The notes below the pieces were generated by a model. That model was given only the letters and a program-made list of their open reading frames with translations. It was not told where the DNA came from and searched no databases. A stretch of 62,880 bases of DNA, counting the filler, from Basidiobolus ranarum (taxonomy: Eukaryota), in assembly GCA_040143965.1 (NCBI GenBank). It is 27 parts of 27 records of this genome, joined end to end, with 100 filler letters (N's around TTAATTAATTAA, not from the genome) between each part and the next. Parts side by side here need not be neighbours in the genome. Positions count along the whole stretch, not along the records: positions 23,400 to 25,635 come from JASJQH010003601.1; positions 25,736 to 27,969 come from JASJQH010003602.1; positions 28,070 to 30,302 come from JASJQH010003603.1; positions 30,403 to 32,634 come from JASJQH010003604.1; positions 32,735 to 34,966 come from JASJQH010003605.1; positions 35,067 to 37,297 come from JASJQH010003606.1; 21 more parts are not named here. One strand, written 5' to 3'. The position numbers and the translations under genes are program-made. Shown here in pieces: positions 24,313 through 37,397 of this stretch (the stretch's first letter is position 1; every line of letters starts with the position of its first letter).

Positions 24313-25060
24313 TGTTGAAATTAGCATTACCTAAACACCTACATAGTCATGAATAGCTTGGTAGTTAGTTTTCTTATATTTACAAGAATATTATCTATTA
24401 TTCTCAATTAGAAATTACTTAGAATATATTTACCAACTTGGAAGTTTGCAAATGTATAGATTTTTTCAAACTTGAGCTAGAAGCCCCAAACTTTGCACAC
24501 ATGTGCCTGGGACCTTGCTTAAAACAATGTATATGTTAGTATAATTACATCTTGACAAAACTATACATGTTAACTTTGTACTCAGTAGATCACTAAGTGA
24601 GAATCACCAATTTCTCTAATTCTCCCAACCACTTCCAACAGGCTCCCAAATTGTAGAACAGGTTATAAGCCCCAAGCTTGTACTCTCTGTAATGTCTAAT
24701 TCTCATATTTATGGATATTTCCCTCTTTGAACAATTGCATGGCACCAATTATCAAGTTTGGAAAATTAAAATGACAATGCTGCTGCAAGAAAAAGGACTT
24801 TGGGACACTGTTGTAGGAGAAGAAAACAATGTAAAACTATCTGGAACTGAAGTTTTACTCCAGGTTAACAAAGAACAAAGTGCCTTTAACAAAATTTGTC
24901 TTAATGTTAATGAAAATTGCTAATTCAATGATCAAGAGCTACAATGGCCAAGAAGGTATGAAAGGCCTTGGAAGACACCTACCAAACATGTTCTGCTGCC
25001 AGCAAGATGTTTCTAAGAAGACAATTCTTTAGCATAAGGATGAAGGCAGGAGACATCATT
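24313..25060 (+). mobile_element. 5' end of a copia element: LTR C (24313-24660), PBS and gag start
   Basis: TGTTGAAA...GAACA, then GGTTATAAGCCC (tRNA-iMet half-type PBS), then FEQLHGTNYQVWKIKMTMLLQEKGLWDTVVG. Confidence 0.88.
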
Positions 25061-25061
25061 A

Positions 25062-25622
25062 CCCTAATTAAAATAAAATTGATTGGATCCACCCTTCTAA
25101 AGTGCAAAACCATCAGAGAACCATCACAATATTGGGGGCTTGCATTCTAACAGGGATTTTGATGGTGTAATGGTGGTTTCTTGCTGGTATTTTCATGGTA
25201 TAACTATATATTAAAATATTAGTCCTCATGTTTGGCATGTATTGTAAATTTCCAACAATTTTTGCAAAAATATAATTTTTGAGTGGCATATTACAGGGTC
25301 TACCGCTGTAGGAATTTGAATCAACAAGCATGCCTTTATTTAGATATTTTTAGCTTTGTATTCTAGCAATAATGAGAATCAAAAAATACAAGAATCTTAA
25401 TGTGTTTAGTCTCTACATATGCACATACTTGACTGATCAGACACAACTCAACAACATCAACATGCTTTACCAGCAAACTAATGGTCAAGAAATTGCTAAA
25501 CATCTGAAATTTTGAATAGCACTGACACTTGGCAAATAGCTGGCTCTCATTACCATTCACAATGAGAATAAGCTCTTGAAGTTTGGCAATTTTTTGTAAA
25601 GAATTCAGCCAATATATCCCCA
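25062..25622 (-). mobile_element. CACTA end B inserted in copia gag
   Basis: Starts CCCTAATTAAAATAAAAT after TA and is the reverse complement of 37398-37963. Confidence 0.75.
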
Positions 25623-26167
25623 ACTTCCAGCCAACNNNNNNNNNNNNNNNNNNNNNNNNNNNNNNNNNNNNNNNNNNNNTTAATTAATTAANNNNNNNNN
25701 NNNNNNNNNNNNNNNNNNNNNNNNNNNNNNNNNNNTCATACAGTCTGTACCCTTTTCTGATAGAATGAATGTATCTTAATGCAGGCAAATCGGTCGCACG
25801 AATATCAAGATGTGCAATAGTAAAAGCGCAGTAGTGGCAAAACAAGTGCTAGTGCGTAGTCAGTGTTTATCCTGAGAATAATAATTAACAAGTGATGAGT
25901 GATGGGTGTGTGAATGATGGTGATATAAGTACTCTTTCGCTTATCCTACCCCGGATAAGTGAAACTGAGTAATTTGTACAGTAATAATGCAGCATTAATA
26001 GAGTACAAAGAAAAGGATTGATTGGATAATAAAGCCCCTTTCTACTGATTCAATATAAAGAAAAGTAAAGTAATCAATTTACATGAGGAGGTGCTTTTCT
26101 AGGATGCAACTTAAGATGCAACATTAAATCTAGGATGCAATATTACATTTAGGTATTGGAGTTGGTG

Positions 26168-26217
26168 AATTTAGGGATTTGACGATTTGGCGATTTAGCG
26201 ATTTAGGGATTTAGGGG
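26168..26217. repeat. Short 8-bp tandem (C/G)GATTTAG, about 6 copies
   Basis: gaatttag ggatttga cgatttgg cgatttag cgatttag ggatttag. Confidence 0.6.
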
Positions 26218-27535
26218 ACAAAGCGCCCAAATTAAACATCGTTAATCCACCTACTGAGACACTCTGGTATTCTTAATTTGCTTATGACAAGATCCTTTCA
26301 GACCACGACTTAAACAACAAATCAAACTGACTCACCGAAATCCGGCTATTTGCATGAGCTGCTGCCATTTGGATAAAACATTGTCAGAATATTAAGGAGA
26401 AGATAATGGTATAATAACGTTAATTTCAAGGGTGCCATACCGGAGGTCGACAGGTTCGCCCACCGGTTCATTCACTCTGTTTTGTGTTATAGAACTAGTA
26501 TTATGCTGCAAGCATTAATTACCAATTTTGCATTGTTTTTAACCTTTGCTAGATCTGTAAATTTAAATCACTACCTGAGATTTCATGCATGTACTAAACC
26601 TGATTGGCCTTCGAATCCTTAGGGTTTTTGCCATTATTAACCACCCAAACTTCTATCAAGTGAACTGACAACCAAAGTGCTTGTCTTCACGCTGAAAAGC
26701 CCTCATCATTAGGTTACTAGGAAGACCAACTTACCTACGAACCCACATATTCTCCGCACGGATGATTCATATGCATCGATCGATACCAGCAGACTTCCTC
26801 CCCAGCATGGAGTTAAGCACAAACAATCGCATATGCCTAATGATGCTAGCCTCCACGGGTGCTAAGGGTTGACTCGAAACAAATCGACATTCAATTGAGG
26901 AACTAAAGGGTGAGTCCATAATGGCCAGCACTCATTCATCAATTATACCGTTTTGGATCAATCAGAAAGTAAATAGTAATCTTCCTCGTATCCTTACTGT
27001 TGGAAGCCAAGACACCGGTACAAGTTACGTTCAACAGTAAGGCTTCATACACTCAAGAAAGGGAATAGTGGTAGGGGATATGGTGATAGTGACAGGGGTA
27101 GGGAAGGGTAGGGGACATATCTCTTAAACATATGCAGTGTCTTAGCGCCACCAGATTTCTCCTGAAATTTATTTTTTTGAATAAGGCCACATCAAGCAGA
27201 CGTGTAGCTCAATGACATATCAACAGGCGCGTAGCTTACGGATCTCATCAAGACTAGCGCAGTGATTCAATATATGCGAAGTTATCTTCCGGGAATTCAT
27301 ATGGTTTCACATCGCTAGAACATGTGGATCGTCGGTGGACGTTTATGGATAGGCTTTTTTTAAAACGAGAAAAAGGCGATATTGATTTGATCTTTCAATT
27401 TATTACTTATTACGAAGCTAGTCCATTACTCAGCACGAAGCTAGTCCTTGTATGTTTCAAATAGTGAAAATGGATAGTGAAAATGGATATTACATCATTG
27501 GTTTTTGTTTGATTTCAGGTGGACTATGCCGCCCT

Positions 27536-27600
27536 ATACTATTCCCTTACTATTTCCTTACTATTCCCTTACATATACTATTCCCTTACTATACCCTTAC
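27536..27600. repeat. 11-bp minisatellite TATTCCCTTAC, about 5 copies
   Basis: Visible directly in the sequence. Confidence 0.65.
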
Positions 27601-30458
27601 ACATACCATCCACCCTAGTCCTCTCCCTCCCAATGCTAGATTTTAGCTGACTGATTCATGCTATATTCTAGTTCGCTACTCTATAAACAGATTAACAAGC
27701 TGTTTCATACCAGAAGATCGGTTCCGACCATGTTACGCTTATTCTCACAAAGCTTCCATTCATAATACGCGTTGATGCCCTTGTAATATTCTTGGAAATA
27801 TCTTCACTTACAATACGCGTTGATGTATGCCTTGATCTAGTTACCTTTACTAAATCTAGACTCCAATTACTGATTTATAAATATCCCATTTGCACTGATA
27901 GCTGATAATTTTCTTGCCAGTTTTCATTGATTTAATTCTTCTCCTGATATGTCGTAGTAGGGAATTCGCNNNNNNNNNNNNNNNNNNNNNNNNNNNNNNN
28001 NNNNNNNNNNNNNTTAATTAATTAANNNNNNNNNNNNNNNNNNNNNNNNNNNNNNNNNNNNNNNNNNNNCTTGGCAATCAGACACAAACAATTGTTAATA
28101 AAAGAACAGGTTTTTAGATAGTTTACAACAATTCTATTATTAATTATTCTTAGATGTACAAGTCAAATTTTATGTCTATTATAGTAACGCGGACTGGTTT
28201 TCCATTTACTTCATCGATAAGTCGGTAAATATGTTCCATGTAAAATTATTAGTAAAATTCACTATCGCAATGATTTTTTGTTTTTATCTCTGTAATTGTA
28301 CTTTTATTATTAACTGCTTGTGTCTGATTGCCAAGTTCCAATGATAGCATGCCTGTTCATAACTAATCGCTTGGTCACTTACTCGAAATGGTAAAACCTT
28401 CATATAAACAGGAGTCTCTTCAATCAAGTTACATCTATCTCTATAGCTTCGGTCATTCCTAGTCAGTTGTTCCATTCTCTCGGGTGATTTCTCTACATCA
28501 AGATCCATCGACCTTGGATCCTTATACTCGTCATCATTACCATTTCCGAGAAAGCTTCGTCCAATGGAAGTACATCCCATATGCCCATCAAGTGTCATCT
28601 GACCAATTTTCAACATTAACGTTTCTGTACTTTGACACATTTAGATCAATTAATCCGCGTTTCAATGTAATGACCAACTTGTGCTAATTTTGCGTTAGGT
28701 ATGGGCTTGGATGGTGTGTGAGTGCGTGAGTGAGTGAGTGAGTTAGTGAGTTGGTGCGTGCGTTTGTACAGGATGACGACACAGTGGTTGGAGTATTAAG
28801 TGAAGTGATTGAGTGCTGCCTCGAATGTGGATTGTTTGAACTGAGGATGGATATGTGCTTGAAGGCCTCAGTCTTTTGATTCAGAATGTAGGCTACCGAA
28901 GAGACTGATTGGTGGCTTGGTGGTTGGTTGTAAGTGCCAGTGTGAGGGTGAGTATAGATGTGTACGTGTGGGTGGGGGTGAATGTATGAGTATCGGAATT
29001 CAAGGAGGAGGCGAGTAAGTTGCTTGGTGCAAAGGTAGAAGGAATCCGGAAAGCTTGCAAAATCAAAGCTGGATTTGAGTGGGAGGGTAGAGGATGGTAC
29101 ATATATACTCGAGACTTGCATACTCGATCGAATGAAACCAGGCACCAACCAGACTCTATTTAGTGTATTCGATGGCCATTGAGCGAGTGTAATGCATCGT
29201 CATAGTGCGTCTGGAAATGGCAGCAATCTGCACGGTTTGAAGAATCAGAAACTATGTGTAAATAAGCGAGTGAGGAGGAGGAGAAAGCGGGCGATGACAT
29301 CATGACTCGAACATGAGCATACAAGTAGGAGTGATTTGTGGATTCCATTATTCTAGAAGGAGGCCAATAAGGTAAATCCAGCGAGTAGGTGCTGAAATTC
29401 TTACTGATCGAGAATATATCATGATGGAACCCGTGGCTCTTGACGTCAATATGAGACGAGATCAGGGAAGAATGGGTGAAACAAAACTGGATCGTGCTTG
29501 GTAATCACGTTTGCAACTCTCTGCATGTATTATCAATCGTCGTGATTGATTTGGCAGATATGGTGTAGTAGTTGTAGTTGAGGCGATGACTGTGGCTATG
29601 GCGGTCTGCTCGAATGAGGGATTCAACATCGAGTGGTGAATAACACTGGGTAATAGGTAGGTCCACCCAAGATGAAACCATTAAAATCGTCATTTCTCTT
29701 TCTCCGAGTTGTACTTGGTTATCGGTATGTTTGTGATGACTATATCCGAGACAGATGTCAGAGCTGTTACTGGCAATCAAATCAATGTCAAGAAGGCAAC
29801 TCTGACCAACCCTACCCCTTCTTCCACCTACACATACTCTGCCTTCTCAAGATGAATGTTGGGACAGGGTATTCGGGGCACTTACTCATAGTGATGCCCA
29901 TAAGGTACTACTAAATATGTTGATAGCAAGCGATAAATCCAGGTAAATCGCAACTCTTAACGATGGATGGCCTCAGCTTACTCATCCCTCATACTGCTCA
30001 CTGAAGTGACTTGGTCACACCACAATCTGGCACTTCTCAACTATATCATGACTCGCATCTAGATCTCGAGAAAGGATCGTCACTTACTGAATCACCAGCA
30101 ATGATGTGGAGAATCGGCTTGTGGAATGAGAATCTCAGATGATCGGGGAGAGATATAGAGATACACCCATTCCAGTATGTGTGCAAATCCAGCTTCCAAC
30201 CTCTAATTGGAGTTAGTGAAGGAGGGTGGGAATTAGGTTTGGAACTACTGTGAGATTTTCAGCATGATTACTCTGCGTCATTAAGATGACAAACAAAATT
30301 GTNNNNNNNNNNNNNNNNNNNNNNNNNNNNNNNNNNNNNNNNNNNNTTAATTAATTAANNNNNNNNNNNNNNNNNNNNNNNNNNNNNNNNNNNNNNNNNN
30401 NNTTGGAGAACAGGGATGGAGAGAAGTCTACAGGCAAGTATAAGTAGTCTGATCAAAC

Positions 30459-30993
30459 TGTCACAATAAGGTACTGGAAAAGGACTGGAAACAACAACAT
30501 GAGGCTAGAAGGCAGGAGAGTACTTGGGTGTAGACCACAAGACAAGAGAAGACAAGACTGGACAAGGAAGATACTTTGGCAAGAATCTTTTTTGATAACT
30601 GGCATTGATCAGACTGAGGACTGATCAAGGAATACATGGGGCTTATAAAGATATTGCAAGGTGAAACATAATATACTTAATAGGGTATATACTGTATCAG
30701 GTTCAAGAGTTGGGGTGTTGGTGGCTATAAGGACCAACACAAGGAGGGATTATGTAAGTATGATCAGGTGACCTTCCATGGAAGATCTTGGAAGAAATAC
30801 ACTATGTGTGGGATTACATGACTGGTTAGATTTCATGGAATGTTCCAAAGAACATGACCTCCATATAAGGTAATCTGGACAAACTAACACAAGATTGCAA
30901 AGAAGAAATGGCATTGCAGATATGATGTCATAATCTAACAATAGAGGAGTTCTATTTGTAGTGGATCAGTATGCCAAGATCAGAATCATGACA
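30459..30993 (-). mobile_element. Complete 5' LTR of chromovirus family E followed by its internal leader
   Basis: TGTCA...TGACA termini. The leader at 30458-30403 matches the sequence after the LTR copy ending ~18287. Confidence 0.85.
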
Positions 30994-32415
30994 TTGATTG
31001 TGGGGTTTGAATGGTTATCTAATGTGGTTCAGATGGGTGAATATTTTATTAAAGCTAATGTCATTGTATGTATTGGTATTACTCCTGCCATCAGTAAACT
31101 TGGAGGTTTTTGCATACACAATGCTCTATCTTGCTGTTAATTTTGTCAAATCAATGGAGTTTACTCTAAAAGGCATATGCACTACTACTATCTAAATACA
31201 ATACTAAACTTCATGATTTTACCATCAAAAGCTTGGTCAGATTTCAACAAGATTACTGATATCAATTCACCAAATAGTCAGTCTAACATCAAACTTGGTA
31301 TTAGCCATAAGCCAAAGATTATTTTAATAAAGGGGTCAGTTGGAGCCAGAGCTTCCCATCAGGCACTATGCATTTACTATTAAAAAACATTTTGATACCA
31401 CTTACTCAGCTATATAGTGGAAAATTCAATATGAATGAGCCATTCAAGATAGAATCAAAGTTTGTACCAATTGGGAAAATGATAGAAAACATCAAGATAT
31501 TATCAAATTTTACCAGAATTCCCATGAATATCCACTCATCTAGGTGTTTATTCAAATGCAAAGACTGGAAGTATTGAATTTGCTTATATTCAAGTGGAAC
31601 TTTGAAAAGATTTCTTCCTGATAAGTATTGGCAAGATTTGGACTTGTTTCTGGATATTGTTAATATGTTTTTTTGGCATCAACTCACATTGGCAGATCAC
31701 AGGCAGATACAGCAACTGTGCAAAGATTTTGTAATTGGATATGAAAAGCTTTATTACATGCTTAAAGAAGATAGACTGAATCTATGCTGGTATTCAATAC
31801 ATTCCCTGCTGAATCTTTCACAATGCTTAGAAATTAGAGGCCCTTGCTATACATTCCAGCAGTTCCCAATGGAGTGCACCTGTGGTGTAATGATGCTTGG
31901 TGAGAAATTGTTAGTATTACCATATGCTAATCTGATCAACAATGTATCAGCAAAATCAGTCATGGGTGTTATGCAATGGGTTAAGGAGACTCCAGAGTAT
32001 ATTCACCTGCCAACAAAGGACTCTTTTCAATGAGCTCATGCATTTTTGCATTGTTTGAGCACAATAACAGCAACAAAGCCAAATCCACGGGCACAGAATA
32101 AGTACCTCTATAATTGGACTAAATTACTTATGTGATAATTGGGTGGTATTTTTAGGAAAGCTGCAAGATAGACTTGTTGGTGGGATAGATTAAGATACAT
32201 AGTATTATTGTTTTAGCCATGGGGTAATCTATTCAATCAATGACACATCTACTTGTGGCAGGGCATTTGTTTACTTCAAGTCAGGGATATATTGGCTGAA
32301 TTCTTTATGGAAATTTGCCAAAATCCAAGAGCTTATTCTCATTGTGAACAGTGACAAGAGTCAGCTCTTTGCTAAGTGTCAGTGCTATTCAAAATTTCAG
32401 ATATTTAGCAATTTT
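30994..32415 (+). pseudogene. CACTA/EnSpm transposase C-terminal part running into end B
   Basis: SCC.FCQING, MHLLLKNI, FKCKDWK, FVIGYEKLYY, SIHSLLNL, GPCYTFQQFPMECTCG and PYANLINNV. From ~32285 it matches 37398 onward. Confidence 0.8.
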
Positions 32416-33163
32416 TATCCTTATCTGACTTACCCATATTTTCAGGCCAATCATATCACACTATTAGTATTATCCCCCATTACTTCAGATTTATCAGTAT
32501 TAACCCACATTAGCCCTATGATTTTCTGGAGAATTCTACAATCTTCCGGAACATTCCACAAGATTCTTGGAATATTTGACAATTGATTGAGTTTTGACCA
32601 ATCAAAACTTGATTTTGCCGGAACATTCCATGACNNNNNNNNNNNNNNNNNNNNNNNNNNNNNNNNNNNNNNNNNNNNTTAATTAATTAANNNNNNNNNN
32701 NNNNNNNNNNNNNNNNNNNNNNNNNNNNNNNNNNCAAGACTGGACAAGGAAGATACTTTGGCAAGAATCTTTATTGATAACTGGCATTGATCAGACTGAG
32801 GTCTGATCAAGGAATACATGGTGCTTATATAGATATTGCAAGGTGGAACATAATATACTGAATAGGGAATATACTGTGGCAAGTTTGAGAGTTGGGGTGT
32901 TAGGGAATACAAGGACCAATACAAATAGGGATGATGCAAGGATGCTGTAAGGATGATCAGGTGGAAAGGTATACATCTGGTAAATTGATTAATGGTTCAT
33001 CATTACTTGAGTTAGTTTCTGGCATGTTGACACCTTCCAAAGTGGATAGTGGATTGCTATACTGCTCATCAATTAAGTCCTCTGTTCTTGCTGGTTTTTT
33101 TCCTTTTGTACCAGCAGGCTTTGGCTTGGAAGCCAATTATAATTTAGATTTTCAATGCTTATT

Positions 33164-33343
33164 GGACTTGTTCTCTGTAATAGTGCCAGATTGTGCTGTA
33201 TATATCCTATTGGATCAAGTATTTGAAATTTTGCAGTGCAATTTGGCACCATCCATCACCCTAGGGCATGATCAATTTCAATCACATTTATTCTAATACA
33301 TTGCTCCAAGATCCAATAAATCCTGGCACAATGGAACAAGTCT
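33164..33343. mobile_element. MITE (~180 bp) with (G/A)GACTTGTTC TIRs
   Basis: Absent from the homologous site at ~22440. A second copy lies at 60867-61048. Confidence 0.8.
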
Positions 33344-33459
33344 AATCAATGGCATTGATATTTTCAGATGGTAAACTTGGTGTAACAAAATTGCTTAGAA
33401 ACTGCTTATAATAAACCAAAATTGCCATCCAATGCTGGAAATATCTTGTAACAAAGCCA

Positions 33460-34966
33460 CCAGCTGCACAAAGCCTGGTTTATAACAATAGTGATGAGTG
33501 CACTAAATTGACTTTAATTTTGCCCATTGAGTCCACTGACTGTACTTTGCCTCAAAGTTTTGTTACACTGCCAAAAGTCAAGATACCATTGAGTTAGCAC
33601 AGTTATATGACCAGAAAGAAGTAGTAAAAATGCAACTTTGGTTGAACCGACAAGTCCAGACAACTTTGAGGACTTGCTGCTACATGTTGACCTTTGTTAT
33701 TCCAGTACTGATGGTAGTATTTCAGAAGTTCAAGAAGAAGACAACACTTTTGTTAAAGACTCTTTGTTATTGGTAAACATTAGTCCACTCATAACACTCA
33801 CTGTTAAGGAAGCAGCTTTGATTATTGAGGAGTGGAGAGTTCAATCCAATCTTAGCAACCAGGTGTTTGTTGGTTTTCTTCCACTTTTACCACAGTTGAT
33901 TGGCAACTGTTGCTTGCCACCGACCTAGTACAAGTCAAAAACACTTGTCAATTGTATGACTTATAATCCTTCAGTGATTAAATTACCTTCATGTCCAAAT
34001 AGTTCTTTGGCTTTTACTGCAGATCTGAAAAACCTGCAGTCATGTACTGTTTGCATACAATTGGCAATCACTGAATCAGGTAAATATTGTTCATATTTGG
34101 CTTACATACCATTGATTCCCTATCTTAAAGTATTGATAAAATCACCAAAGTATAGATCATTGATCCAATACCAAAGAGCTCACCACAAAGCTGATGGTAT
34201 TACCAATATACTTGAAGGATATCCCTACTAGAATCTGAAAAGTCAAGGTTTCTTTGAGAACATGTATGATCATGCATATGCATTGGCTCTGGATGGTTTC
34301 TTGTTAAACAAATATACTGTTGGAAAGGCTTGCTGGTCAATAATTTTAATTAACTTAAATCTTCCTCCTTCTGAATGGTATAAGAGTTAAAATATTTTGA
34401 TGATATCCATCATATCTGGACCTGAGTCACCAGTGCTTATAGATAGCTTCTTGGAGCCTTTCATTGTGGAATTTGAATAGTAATCACCATCAGTAAACTT
34501 GGAATTTTTGTGGGCACAAGGCACTATCTTGCTGTAGATTTTGTCAAATCAATGGAGTTTACTCTATTAGGCATATGCATTACTACTATCTAAATACAAC
34601 AATAAGCTCCATAATTTTACCATCAATAGCCCAGTCAGATTTCAACATGATCACCAATATCAATACACCAAATAGTTGCTCTAACATCCAACTTGGTATT
34701 AGCCATCAGCCCAAGATTATATTGTTAAAGGGGATCAGCTGGAGCCAGAGCTTCCCATTAGGCACTATGCACTTACTATTCAACAACTTTTAATACTACT
34801 TACTCAGATATATAGTGCAAAATATAATATAAATGAGTCATGTGAGATAGGATCATAGTTTGAATTGATTGAGGAAATGCTTGAAAACATCAAGATACCA
34901 TCATATTTTACCAGCAATCTCATCAATATTTACTCATATAGGCATTTATTCAAATGCAAAGACTGG
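33460..34966 (+). pseudogene. CACTA/EnSpm (Transposase_21/Tnp2-type) transposase, degenerate
   Basis: CPNSSLAF..L..CTVC, AYIPLIPYLK and ALALDGF..CWSIILINLNLPPSEWYK..NILMISIISGPESPVLIDSFLEPFIVEF. Confidence 0.85.
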
Positions 34967-35066
34967 NNNNNNNNNNNNNNNNNNNNNNNNNNNNNNNNNN
35001 NNNNNNNNNNTTAATTAATTAANNNNNNNNNNNNNNNNNNNNNNNNNNNNNNNNNNNNNNNNNNNN

Positions 35067-35150
35067 CTTTTTAGGTTGAGTATCTTCAGGAAGATAAAGG
35101 TTTCCGGCAAGCTTGATACCTTGGCTTTGGAAAGTTACTTTGCTTGGCAT
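35067..35150 (-). CDS. N-terminus of a probable alpha/beta hydrolase (YcjY/peptidase S15-like), truncated
   Basis: MPSKVTFQSQGIKLAGNLYLPEDTQPK fits the V.F.S.G..LAG.LY.P start pattern, and TATAAA lies ~50 nt upstream. Only 28 codons are visible. Confidence 0.6.
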
Positions 35151-35814
35151 GTTTAAATGTATATGATAGTTCTACTCTTCAACAATCGACTGGCAGTGTA
35201 TTTATATCAGTCAACAAACAATATTCACAGAATTTGGAGAATTTCAGATTACTATAAAAGATTAATCGAGTATTCTTCACGAGATTTCTATTGCGTGAGA
35301 TTTCTACTGACGTTATCATTAATTCAAAATGATTAAAATAATTTTCCGTTTAACCGTGATGGACAAACCGTGATGGATGGAATTTCCGCAGTTATCGAAG
35401 TTCTATTATTTCATGTCTATCATAGCTTTTTATAGAAAATTCAGTATTCCATATCCCTCTCGCCATATTTTTGTCTAACTTCAATTACTTGGGTAAATTT
35501 TTGTTGAAGTGGTTTACTTATATCTATTATATTAATGTTACGAAAGCTACGAAGAAATTGATGTGTGTTATTCACATTAGTCAATCAAGTAAACACTTTG
35601 TTTATTTATAGCATTAAATATCTTTTGAGTAATACACTGAATTCCAAACTTTAAACAATCTTTTTAATCGTCACTGTTATTGAGAAATGCGGATCAAATG
35701 TGTTAGTAGAGGTGAATGTTAAGAGAAGTAAGAATAGTTGTATATATCTGAATCACCAGAATAGCTCAGTAACATTCTGAACATTGACACTAGAAGAAGC
35801 CATATAGTTTATTT

Positions 35815-35884
35815 AAGTATTATCCCTTAGCAGTTCCTTAGGAATTAGCAAGTATTATCCCTTAACAGTTCCTTAGGAATTAGC
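35815..35884. repeat. 35-bp tandem duplication
   Basis: AAGTATTATCCCTTA(G/A)CAGTTCCTTAGGAATTAGC twice. A 19-bp duplication also lies at 36752-36789. Confidence 0.85.
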
Positions 35885-36917
35885 CACAAAGCACTCTGAC
35901 ATTTCAAGGTTGGTTAAATTTATCGCTGGTTAAATTCGATGAATGAATCTGTTTCCGATGTTGTTATATTCAATACACATATCAATACATATTCTGCTAT
36001 TTCTATCCGATACTTGACTTGGTTTGTCTATTTAGATAATTTGTCAATTGTTGAAAGTCAGATATTGCATGCATTACTTATGACGACTAAATATTCTCTT
36101 CGCTCTAGGTTATAATTTCTGTGAGTTTTACCTGAATTTTACCTTACTGACTAGTTATTCACCCTTCACACCTTGGCAACTGATCGATCATTGTTTCTTT
36201 GATCGAGGTACCAAGTGTCACCCAATAAGAACTGGAGTAAACAAAGATAAAGTGTATCATAAAACAGACCCAATCAGTTATCACTATATCATAGTTCATA
36301 GTTGTATAGACGAAAGTGCATGAAAAGTGATTATTGACTATCCTTGATTGGTTACAGGTAACTCTTGGTCAAGGGTTGTAGTTACTAAGAACCTCTCGTA
36401 GGTAGTGTAATTGACCTAGTATTAGTGTAATTCTCAGGGTAATATGGATGGAGATGTTAGTGCGAATATCAGGTTCTTGTGTTATCGTCAGAGTTTATAA
36501 ACTTTCACTGAAAATAGTGACTTGTATGATCTAGGTAGAAGCGAGGGAAAAGTAGAAGTTGAGGTAGCTGCGAAACTAGATTATTGTTACAAACATCTTG
36601 TTACCCCAACAGTTACAACACTAAAATGTTTCAGCCAATCATATCTGCCAAGAGTTGTGGCAAGTTCTATATATATGTTTCTATAGAATATAGAACGATA
36701 GTGGTATCTGCATGAGCATTTTAAAACCAATTCACCAATAACACCGTCCTCACTGGTTCAGCACTTAGGGACTGGTTCAGCACTTAGGGATCTCGAAATA
36801 AAATAAATTCATAAAAAAATATCCAGCATACATATCATAGCTTCCGTAATGCATCGGCTATGAGTGGATCGTTAAGCGGAAAACAAATAGATGAATATGA
36901 AACTAGCATCTAGAGTG

Positions 36918-37110
36918 GCTATAAATAGCGAGTGGTAGTAAGTTATATTCATCATTCATACTCACTCTATACCACAACTAACTATCTTACATCTGAACCA
37001 CTAGAGATCAATACTTTCTAAATAGGTAAGAAATTATATCACATGTTGGCAACGTAGATATACAACTAACCTTATCTTGCAATTAATCCCTTTTTAGCAT
37101 ATTTTACAAC
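36918..37110 (+). promoter_or_regulatory. TATA box and 5'-UTR intron of the downstream gene
   Basis: TATAAATA at ~36920, intron GTAAGA...CTAAC...TTTTTAG at 37026-37097, and ACAAC-ATG start context. Confidence 0.65.
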
Positions 37111-37297
37111 ATGTCGAAATCAATCAACAATATGAACTTACTACAAGCCCTCGTTGGTACAGCCAAAAACTATCCAACCCGTGGCGTTTACTATATCAAT
37201 AGTTCCGACGATATTGCAAATCCTTCCTTCGACAGCTACTCCAGTCTTCTTACGCGGGCATATAATATTGGCCAAGAGCTACGCCCACTCACACAAA
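37111..37297 (+). CDS. N-terminus of a probable adenylation-domain enzyme (NRPS-like or acyl-AMP ligase), truncated
   Basis: NLLQALVGTAKNYPTRGVYYI...FDSYSSLLTRAYNIGQEL resembles the A-domain start (L..AA..YP...SY.EL..RA..IA..L, core A1 region). Confidence 0.55.
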
Positions 37298-37397
37298 NNN
37301 NNNNNNNNNNNNNNNNNNNNNNNNNNNNNNNNNNNNNNNNNTTAATTAATTAANNNNNNNNNNNNNNNNNNNNNNNNNNNNNNNNNNNNNNNNNNNN

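Noticed and set aside
28284-29148. ORFs of 118 and 154 aa on the minus strand
   Set aside because: The longer one is driven by simple GTGA/GT repeats, and neither has a recognisable domain.
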